From the NCBI GenBank assembly GCA_030141605.1, contig JAQGDQ010000985.1, forward strand, positions 1 to 64,000: a stretch of DNA of 64,000 nt, written 5' to 3'. A model generated the notes under the pieces. That model was given only the letters and a program-made list of their open reading frames with translations, ran no database searches and had not been told where the DNA came from. This DNA is from Tubiluchus corallicola. Lineage: Eukaryota; Animalia; Priapulida. Each line of letters opens with the position of its first letter. Positions within the stretch are counted from its first letter, which is position 1. A program made the position numbers and the translations under genes. Positions 30,941 to 64,000 of the stretch are shown piece after piece.

Positions 30941-31362
30941 TTAAATAAATGCAACTACATCAAAATGGAATTTATTGCCCACCTGTTTTGAACAAACTAT
31001 TCATTGTCACGGCATCTAAAACAAAATTTAGCAGAATTTAGAAACAACATCGAAATACAATTCAGTAGTTAGATAGTCAAAAGACATAATAACAATACCA
31101 ATCACATACATGGGGATACATGTAGTATTGGTAATCATATAGATTGATAGTTTCATACCAATCAAGATATGTAATATATAAAGTAAATTGTTAAATTATC
31201 TATATCATGTTGTGTCATATATCTTTTCACTATCTAACTACTGAATTGCATTTCGATGTTGTTTCTAAATTCTTATTTTGTTGTTTTAGATGTTTTGACA
31301 ATGAAAAGTTTGTTCGAAACCGTCGCCAATAAATTCGGTTTTGATGTTTTTGTATTTAGTTC
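30941..31362. mobile_element. Second palindromic Penelope-like remnant with degenerate hammerhead-type tails
   Basis: Inverted arms ~30941-31086 and ~31220-31362; arm consensus TGCC-(C)TGACAA-TGAATAGTTTGTTC-GAAAC..GTC-GGCA-ATAAA. Confidence 0.5.
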
Positions 31363-31506
31363 ACCGGTTTGCTAGATCTGCTGGACTGAATTCCATTTGG
31401 AAGTGGTCCTGCAAAGTGGAACTAATGCTTAATTACGACGAATGTTAGCTGAGAAGTCTCATTAAAACTTTACCACGAGTTTTGCCACATTTCTAGGCTT
31501 TAACCC

Positions 31507-31636
31507 GCCATGGACAGATAATATTATATTATCTGTTATGTATTAAATTAACAGACAGCCATGGACAGATAATATTATATTATCTGTTATGTATTAAATT
31601 AACAGACAGCCATGGACAGATAATATTATATAATAC
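31507..31636. repeat. 51-bp tandem repeat (~2.5 copies) with internal palindrome
   Basis: GCCATGGACAGATAATATTATATTATCTGTTATGTATTAAATTAACAGACA repeated. Confidence 0.85.
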
Positions 31637-33419
31637 AGATAAAAAGATAAAAATATTCATGTTTAACACCTAATGGTAAATTGACAGTCTTACTACTAAT
31701 TTGGATGATTGCAGCGGAATCTGAGAAAAGCTCATGAAAAGTCATTGCCAGAGGCACTTGGATACGTGTTCATCCTCCCTCAGCGCGGCAAATATTGTTA
31801 CGGAGGCACCTGTTGCCGGGTCAGATATAGAGCCCTCTGCACCTTCTGCCTCCACGTTAGCAGTGACTCACCCCTTCCTTGTAGATACAGACGTCTTGTT
31901 TGGGCTTACACGTGGCGCCCGAAGCCAGCTGACCTGGAATGCCAGTATAAAGCGAGTAGAAGTCATTACAGCCTTGGATTTCTGAGACAGGTGCTTCTCA
32001 GCCTAGTATATATGTGTGCTGTTACTTATTTAAGTTATTGTTCTTATTTTGTTCTCCCTTTTTTGTTATTAGTGCTAGCAATAAAACTTTTTACAATGTT
32101 GATCTTATGTAGTGTTCTATTTTCTGATTTTTGTGTGTGCTAGGTGACTTGTCACACATGGTATATGCTGTTAGATCATAAATAATTCATTACTAATTAC
32201 GACAACATTTGTAATTAAGAGAATTTCATTAGTTAAAAGAAAACCTCGTGTCAACATTAGTTCAGAATAAAAAATGCTCTAAAATATTGAAAACTACAAT
32301 AGCTTTGTTGATAGTTAATTAACTATGCCGTTATAATGATGATACGTTTGATAAACACTATTCTTTGAGTTACACATTCTGTTGAGATATTGCTGGAATT
32401 GTTGCATTTTGCTTATTAATTGTTAATAAGTCATATACAGTAATCTCTATTTGCTGAGTATAGTCTGTGTTTAGTGATTCCAGTACGGATTTGCTACCTT
32501 TTTTAATTACAGTTTCGTTGAGATATCCTTTCGTAGTTTCAATGCAGAAATATTTCTCTATAATTATGTAAAGGAGAATATATCTAACAAGTATATATAT
32601 GAATACAAGTATATTCTTGTGACAGGAATTGCTTACTCAGCATATGGTGGAAAACAAGAGAAACACGTGGCTCATTTGAAGCAGTGCAACAAACTATTTT
32701 TATGGCGTTAATCGATTCTTAATTCAGTCAAAGCCGAGGACATTGACTAGAATCCACCTTAACTTGAGTGGTAGGTAGTAATTACTCAGGCAAAGCAACA
32801 ACAAAAAACAACGTATCTTGCGTTTGCGGATATAAGCAAAAATTATGTAAAAACTTGTGTAGGCGTCACATGATGTAGGCCTATTACGAATTGGGTAGCG
32901 ATGTTTTAAATGTTTTTGGGGATCGGCGTGTCTGATAAGCTAAAGTAAAAATGTAGGTTACACCCTAAGTGCACATACATTGTTTTACAACTTTACTTGT
33001 CCTGAGACAACATTTTTTATTTTACAATCGACTATTGCATTATCACTATGTTAACAGTCATATAAAGCATCTGTATAGTAGTTATAATTTTATGATTTTT
33101 GATATTGAATCAGGTCACTGTGTTGGTACATAAACACGTTATTCGTTTTTTACTGTTACGTAGTTTTGAACATAAGGATCAGAGATCATTCATCTATATA
33201 AATATTTAGCCTGTACAATGCAGTTTATATAATCTTTATAATAGTGCAAATGAGTTTTTAGTGATCGAAGTAGTGTGCTGTGAATATACAGTAAGAATAC
33301 TAAAAGTAAAAAAGTAAGCATTGACACTAAAGTAAGCAATGTAATTAAGATCGAATATGTGATGAAATGGTGTTACTTGCTGAAAGAAAAACACTTACAT
33401 AATAATTTTCAATGATCGT

Positions 33420-33935
33420 ATTACTCCGGCTTTCAAGATGGTGCATTGGTTACCAATTACACATCGCATGCAATTTAAAGTTCTTCTTGTTACCTTTATA
33501 TCGTTAAAAAGGGAAGTACCATCGTATTTGACAGAGACTTTCGAGTTTATTACTTCAACATATACTCTGAGATCTATTGACAATCTACAGTTTAAGATAT
33601 CAAAAATTAAGTTTGTAACATTTGAGGATAGAGCTTTTAGCGTTTATGGAACCAGTTGTCTATGAATCTGAAATTGGCTACAAATGCTAGAGAATTTAAG
33701 AAACTAGTTATGACTCACTTGTTTTAGCCAGCACATGTGTAATTTTTAGTCTATCCTTTATGCTATTACTTTTTGCTAGTGTGATAATGTCGTTTTTACT
33801 GATGATTCTTCTTGTGATGTCGTGCTCCTTGCGATAATTTAAAGTACTATTTAGATTTTATGTGATTTTCTTTTAATTTTGTACAGCACCTTTTATACTA
33901 TTTTATTATTGTGATGAAAGTTTACAAACAATAAA
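33420..33935 (+). mobile_element. L2/CR1-group LINE 3' fragment
   Basis: HWLPITHRMQFKVLL...PSYL...YTLRS...DRAFSVYG is typical of the L2 ORF2 C-terminus; followed by a 3'UTR-like stretch ending AATAAA. Confidence 0.75.
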
Positions 33936-34268
33936 CTGCTGAATTGAATAGTCTATATTCAATAGACTGGCGTCTACTGATTGTAAAATTAAGCACCAAC
34001 TGATAATGAAACAGAAACTACTAACTTTTAAAATTTAAAAAGCCGCCTGATACGTTAGATTACGTTCAGTGTACAACAACATTTGTTTACCAATTTACTT
34101 CGAATTGTTGTATTTTAAGACCTCGACTAACTAACTATTTGATACGTTTCGTTCATTTTGTTGACGACTGTTCAGATGACGGGAACTAAAAAAGTTCAAT
34201 CTAAATAAATTTGGCTATATAAATAAGTAAGTGCTAACACATTGTTTAATTGATTTTAGAGAGTAAAA

Positions 34269-56947
<22,679 letters not shown>

Positions 56948-57552
56948 AAAGAAAAAAAAGAAAGCGAATGGGAGAGAAAGAGAGAGAAGAGAGAGAGCAA
57001 GAGAAAGAGAAAGGGGGAAAGTCTAGGCAAAATAGGGTAGACCAACGGTAAGCAATGCATCTACTTCATGGGTCAGAATGACCCACGTCCTCACGGGAAG
57101 TCACTATGGCTAAATATTTATTCTCGGTAACCTGTGACCTGTTATAAAAAACTAAGTGACATTACCACAGTAGATTCAAGTGATATGACCGTCAGCCTAT
57201 TCAAGCTTATTTACATTTCTTGACATTGTCTCTTTGACTTTGGGCCCTTTAAACCAAAAGGTGCTCGAATTCTAGGTCTTGTCCAGACCTACTACACTCC
57301 ACACAATAACTACTTTGAACCTGCTAATAAGTTGTTTGCACCTTATGCCCGACGCACACACGTGCGGAAGTTCTACAGAAAATAGTTATGTGAACTTAAG
57401 TTGAAGGTTTACCACGTCTGACAAATAGTAAGCAATGCATTTTCATTTTTCTTGCTGAATCATTAGTATTATTCTACGTAACCTCCGGTAATCGACAAAA
57501 CTTATTATATAGGTTTTAATTCATGGGTAAATAATCAATAATCAATATTTAC

Positions 57553-60500
57553 TTGATCCAACAGTTTGTCATAAATTGCTCGTTCACATCTTGAAATATC
57601 CGTATCATTTTCCCATTTTGCTTTGTCATCCTCTTTTACACATTTCCTGTATGCAGTTCCTTTAAAAGTAATATAATACATTGAAATAACGTTAAAATAG
57701 AATTAATAGAATGAATATAAAAGGTTTAAAATATTAACGGAAACAAGATCACTGAAGGAGTACTTAAAGTAGTTAATTTCATATCTATTCTAAGTGATAT
57801 ACCCTTTTGCCTACTAAAATTGAGTACAACGACGGAAAAAATACAATGTGCATCTTGGATTCTCTTTTGTAATTTTTTGCATCAACACGAAGGCATGTCA
57901 TGTGGCTTCAGGTCTTTCCGTTACTTGTCTAGAACTTGGATTTCTACAAACAATTAACCTACCTGCATAATCCTCTGGACATGGTCCTTCAACTGTCCCA
58001 ATTCTGGCGTCTGGCCACTCCGATTCAGCTCTACAGTATTGCGTCTCGTCTGAAAAAACCCTCTTGTAACTAAAATTTGAATTTCGTATAAAACGTTTTT
58101 GGCATCAAAAAGCTACAAACTAACACATATTGCAAAAATTGAAGTATAAGTAATTTTTATCCTCATAAATAAGAGATTTTATTTACTAAGTATGCTAGAC
58201 TGAGCAAAGACCACAACTCTGCCATGAGGATTGCTTAAGTTAAGTAGTTGGTGTAATGTATACGCTCAAACCAAAGTTGCGTTCCCATATCTATGTAATT
58301 TATTCTGCAAAAATACAAATTTTCTGTAGTCTACAATTACTACATCTACAAATCTACTGAAATAAGTGCTAGAAAATGAGTGCTACAGATTACTACGTTG
58401 CACTAAAAGCTAAAAATGCATACATACATTGTTGGTCCAATATTGAGTCGCGAAAAAGCCAGAATGTCAGTAGAAGGTAGCAGTATAATTATAAGTGAAA
58501 TTCTAAATGTAACAGAGACGTGTGTACATAACAAGTTCCATCTACACAATGTCAGAGTAGAAAAAGTAGTCTAGCTTGTTGAGCTACAGTCTAATATATT
58601 GTGGCTTCTAATGCATATACTACCTTGAGAAGGGGTAATGGACCAAAACATTTGCACCTGCAACAGTTGGTGTTCGCGCATTATTGACGCTGCACTTCAT
58701 CCGTCATTACGCCTCCTAAAGCTATGGATGAGCCGAGCGCTTGGCCGTATTACTAATCTAGGTACTGGACAAACCGTCCTAATACAGAAGAACATCCAAT
58801 CGTTCTCTAAATGCAGTGCAGTTAGAGAAGCAAATGGTTTCTCTAATTACTGGCTTCTTTGTGCACATACCAAAGTCTTTACGAATCCACAGCTTGGCAT
58901 CAGCGCTTGATTTGCCTGCATCATTAGAAGCAATACAAGTGTAAAGCAACTCTGTCTTCTCATGCTCGAAAAGATATGAATATGGTATTGTGATGGTGCT
59001 CTGAAAGTTCAGTGCATCACTGCCTTCCAGACCTGTTGGTAAGAATGCCAGAGTTTTATTATATATGTTAGTATTTTATTAAAGATAGCTCCTAGTAAGG
59101 GCGTACCTTGAACATTGATGTTCTTAATTACGTCATAATAGGTAATAATTTGACGTCATCGTGACGTCATAGGTGAAAAATGACAACATTTCTGGAATCC
59201 TCAGTCATTAATAAATATTTTTCATCTAGGCGCAATGGTTTAGGAAATATAACTCATTTTTGGCTCAAGTAAGAGCCATCTTGGATTTGTGCGTACAAGT
59301 GCCAAAGCCGGTTTTGGCAGATTTTTTGTTGAAGTTAGCTGAGACCATGTTCTAACAGAATCTGAAGAGAAAAATTCGATTGCACATTTGTTTTAGGTTC
59401 TTTGTTATCTTTACCCCCATTGCGTTTTTCTTACCAGGTGTCTGGTGTCAAGCATAACAAAAAATAGAATAAAATATACAGTATTAGTAGAATTTCTTAC
59501 AATATAACAGGGCTAGTTTTAAGTTTATAAGTTTGAATTATCAGTGATTTCCGTAATAAAATAATCAAAATCAATGTATTGGTTTAATTTACAATTTGCA
59601 ATAAGGGATTAAACGCAAATCCAACATTCAGTGACAAGGCCTATTTAATATAGAGGATTATAGTAGGACCGTAACCTAGCTCATTATTAAGGCTAAACTT
59701 GTAATATGACACGTTAAACCACCAGAAGTATCTTTGCCATGTTCACCAGTCCGTAACATGGAAAGTAGAGATGTTAAACGATACAAATTTGGCGATAGGG
59801 TAACTATACGACACGATACTTTTTTCTAACAATACAATAACGATAATTCACTTTTCAGACGATACGATACGATAAATTATTTCGAGCGATAAAAACGATA
59901 CTGAAGTTAGAAAATTTGTGCAGCAACAAAAAAACCATCTCTAAAGAAAGTTTATGCAGTAACAAAAAGTACCTCTACAAATTAAACCATTTATGTAAAC
60001 AATACGTGACTACGACGAAATTTTCTGCTTCGTTGTTATAATGATTCATAAATAAGTAAACTGCAATAGATACGTAGCTTACTACAATGTAAAGATTTAT
60101 CTGTGCGAGCTGCACAATTACACATGTCCGGGACGATGACAACAAAAATGCTCGGCATTCGCGAGTCTGTATGATTCAGAGTCAGAATAAAGATAACCGC
60201 TATTGCAAAGCGAAAGTGCAACTTCATGCGTCTGACAAGCTTATAATTTTAAATAATTCTTTTTATCCACCGTTTTGTTTAATTTCTGTAAGTAAATTGA
60301 AAAGTAAAGTGAAGCGATTTTATAAAGGTAAGTGATAAGCCGATACAAGCCAAAATCGATGCGACAACGATATACCTAGAATAATATCGACACGATAACG
60401 ATAAAAACTAATTTTTCGTATCGATACGATATTCAATAATTATCGATAGGCGATAATTGTCAACTCTCGGCAGTTCGTCCTTCTACAAAATATGAAAACA

Positions 60501-62846
60501 GTGTCTACAAAGAATTGGAAAATATTTTTAGTACTTTGAGTGAAATTAGTAGATTCTTCGTCGCCTTCAAACCATTTTATTGTTACGTTCAGGTCATCGG
60601 GATCCAGGCTGCCAGTTTTAATGTATCCCTTGCAAACGAGTTCAACTGTTCCCTACAGAAATGGCATAACATAAACAGTTATTATAAGACACATTATGAA
60701 GTAAATTAGCATCTACACAAGGAATAGTAATACACTAGTTACACAAGAAATAGTAAAATAAGTTCTATTAGTGTGAAATGCTGTAAGGTGAAGAAGGTGT
60801 ATTAGTGTGCAGAGATCCCTATTCTGAAGATATCTAGATCTCTAGGAAAGTGAAGCAGATGGGGGCGGTTGTTGGTCTGTCATCAGTTTTTACCCAAATG
60901 TTTTCATTTCCGGCAGACAGAATTGCAAAAATCTATTACTTTCTAAATTATAAATCTAGAAATAAATACTACATTACAATACGATAACACAAAACAACAT
61001 CACAATACAATAACTAGATTATAAATCTAAAAATAAATACAACATTACAATACAATAACACAAAACAACATCACAATACAATAACTAGATTATAAATCTA
61101 AAAATAAATACAACATTACAATACGATAACACAAAACAACATCACAATATAATAACTAGATTATAAATCTAGAAATAAATACAACATTACAATACGATAA
61201 CACAAAACAACATCACAATACAATAACTAGATTATAAATCTAGAAATAAATACTACATTACAATACGATAACACAAAACAACATCACAATACAATAACTA
61301 GATTATAAATCTAGAAATAAATACAACATTACAATACAATAACACCATACAACATCACAATACAATAACTAGAATCTAGGATAAAACTCTGCGCTTTGGT
61401 TTCATTTCCATCCAAGTAATCAAGCAAATGTCATGTATCTTAATCCATAGCAGCTGACTTGCAATGAATATTTGGCTGTTATACGTATATAAGACTTATA
61501 TATTCATAAATAACAGCCATAAACTTGTATCTACTTAACCCATAACGTCACCCATTCAACATAAAATCTCGTTTACATTTTATTTTGTTTGCAGAACCTT
61601 TCAGAATAGACTAATCTCATTCTTTGCTCTACATATGTGAAATTTATTGCAGGCTTAGATCTACAACGCCCAAATATGAAAGCAATAATAAAATGGGTTG
61701 ATCCCAAAGTTCATTTTCGATGAGCGTTTAGGGCAAGAGTTCAAAAGAAACCAGACCACATCTCAAATTTTGATGGCTAAATGAAGAAAACTATTCCTCG
61801 TGCCCAAATACTACATAAAATACGTATACGTCATAAAATACACCACTTTATTTCATTTTAGTAATCTTTGCACTAAATCAAAAATATAAATAAATAGTTT
61901 GTGAAATTTTACATATTAAATATTTTATAAGCTACGAAATAATTTTCACAAGTCGTACATACAAGTTATGTATAATCAACAGTTGCAAATTTTATTTATT
62001 TATTTATTTATTAAATATATCCACAACGATCATTACAGCATTGTACATAAAAGTATTTAATAACGTATTTATTATTATGTACACAAGATGCCAAGCTGCA
62101 AATGACCCGTGTGGTACTCAAGAAGTAATTACTTGTTTAGAGCACCCCAAATGAATGTGGATTGAGTGTAGTAGAAAAGAGCAGTAAAGGAGTAGAAAAG
62201 AAAGGTTAATAGAGAATAGAAAGAAAGAGAAAGATGTGATGGTATCTGTATGAAGTAACGTGAACTATAGAAATGTAAAAATTGACATAGCCAGCAATGC
62301 AATGGATTCCGACAGATACAGCAGCGTAATTAATGTTACCAGCATTTTTCTGAAAAGCTAGCACTGCAAAAGTAATCAGTTAATATTTCAAGAGATCCAC
62401 TGAAAATGTATCACAAATTCTTAAACTATGCAATTGGCATATTTACTCCATGCATTTTATTGGATCTGTAAAGAATTGAATGCTCACTAAAGTTGCACAT
62501 TTCCAACAAGTTTCTTGCAATGATAATTATATTTTCTTGTTGTTGTTGTTTTTGCTTTGTTTTTTAAATATAAGAAATATTAATTCTAATGATTGTTTCA
62601 ATTACTATTAATTTTATACGAACAAGGAGATTGTCTTGCAAAAGAGAAAACAAAAGTAGACCAGTTTCATTTAAAACTTAAAAGCATCTATTTTGAAACT
62701 CACCTCAATTGGCTGTGATTCGTCCTGAACAATGACCACAAGTGAGGGCGGATCTATTGTGACGACTGGGTAGCTTAAAACAGAGAAACCGATTTCATTT
62801 GAAGAAACGTTCACATGCTTGTTAGTGCTGATACACGTTATGTTAC
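57553..62846 (-). CDS. Adhesion GPCR paralogue 'gene C': Ig and HormR exons, truncated at the junction; 5' exons beyond the window
   Basis: Exons 62846-62704, 60652-60535, 59032-58871, 58049-57963, 57659-57553 have intact frames and GT-AG sites and are homologous to gene B exons 3-7. Confidence 0.75.
60945..61378. repeat. 71-bp minisatellite, inverted paralogous array (~6 copies)
   Basis: Reverse complement of the 41118-42048 unit. Confidence 0.9.
61991..62327 (-). mobile_element. Retroelement 3' end with (TAAA)n tail, present only in gene C
   Basis: Gene B has the empty site GGTAACATTGATTTGCAACTG (~40506-40527); gene C carries a ~340-bp insert there. Confidence 0.7.
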
Positions 62847-63602
62847 CTAGAAAATACATAAGTATTTTTGTAGCACATGAGAGGTTAGATGACCTTACAG
62901 GTTGTCACATAATGACATGACAGTTATAATGGCAACCTGCTTCACATTTCCAATTATTCACTATTTTTTTCTTTTGTTTTCTGAGATACGTTGTACGTTC
63001 TAATTTTGCAAGCAAACGGAGGTCCAGCCGTAGTAGCCGTGGTCAGTGGTGTTGGACCGAGGGTATCGAAATTGCCATAGGTGCATTTGCAGGAGTCCAG
63101 GAAACGCTAAACATCAATTGATACAAAAATTAATTACACATGTAATCATAGTTTATGCTTATAAAGCAAAAACGCTCCATAAGCTGCTATTCATCACCCA
63201 ACGCCAGAACTACTATTAATGCTAAATACAATTTTGGTGGCAACAGGACTCTAGCCATCTCCAAAGATTAGGTTCTTAGATGTCAGATGCACATTAGCCA
63301 CTGCTTATACAACTATACATCTTCCTCAATTAATGGAGGAAACAAAATCATATAAAATGTCTATAAACCGACCGTTTTCCACGCAGTCAGCCATGCATTT
63401 ATTAACCAGGAACAGCGCTGCTTAACTATCGACTAAAACCACACGCTTATGGTTGCGCTGTTGACGTTTTGAACTGACGTAAAGGTATATTTGCTCCGGT
63501 TAGCGTGCCTCTACTTAAAATTAGCTGAGGTGTCCAAAATTGTTTGTTGCCAAGATGGTGAAAGTTTCTGATTGGGCTGCGTAGGGTGATAACGTGTTTA
63601 CG

Positions 63603-63790
63603 AGAAGATGCCATTATTAACGCCCAAGCGCGTATGCAATCCCGTAGTAGTTGTGAAAGGTTCTATGCATTGCGCCAGGAGTCGCTGGACAAAGTACCAG
63701 AAAGATGCCATTATTAACGCCCAAGCGCGTATGCAATCCCGTAGTAGTTGTGAAAGGTTCTATGTATTGCGCCAGGAGTCTCTGGACAAG
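63603..63790. repeat. ~97-bp tandem duplication specific to copy C
   Basis: AAGATGCCATTATTAACGCCCAAGCGCGTATGCAATCCCGTAGTAGTTGTGAAAGG occurs twice; the homologous site in B (~39170-39257) has one copy. Confidence 0.85.
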
Positions 63791-64000
63791 TGCTATGCAC
63801 CCGTCCGTCAAAGTCTTCCTAGTCGAGTAAAATAAACCATTTCCTATATACAAAGTTGCGCATAAATCTGGTGTAAAGTATGTGCCTTATAGACATACTG
63901 CTTTTTATACAGAGCAAAGAGTACATTAACATTCATTTAAGAAAAATGTTTAGTTTTAGCTTTAGTCAGCGCTTCTTCTAAACGCTGTATAGAATGGGTG

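Overview
AT-rich, intron-rich eukaryotic DNA, probably from an invertebrate animal. It holds a cluster of adhesion-GPCR (aGPCR) paralogues. Gene A (+) contributes its 3' half, TM2-TM7 and cytoplasmic tail, at 345-9045. Gene B (+, 34269-~56947) encodes signal peptide, 20 EGF repeats in one 2.4-kb exon, 2 Ig, HormR, GAIN with a degenerate GPS, and TM1-4. Gene B is cut inside an exon at ~56920 by an inverted, partly diverged copy (gene C, -) of its own 38936-46191 region, which runs to the window end. Between A and B lie a decayed BEL/Pao LTR retrotransposon with a nested hAT-type MITE, an intact 7-exon cytosolic sulfotransferase with a GC-AG intron, and two copies of a 5S-rRNA-headed SINE with an RTE-like tail. 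Also present: Penelope-like palindromes with minimal hammerhead motifs, LINE fragments, several MITE families and many mini/microsatellites, some of which duplicate splice sites. All gene models were assembled by eye from splice signals and frame continuity; no database searches were run.
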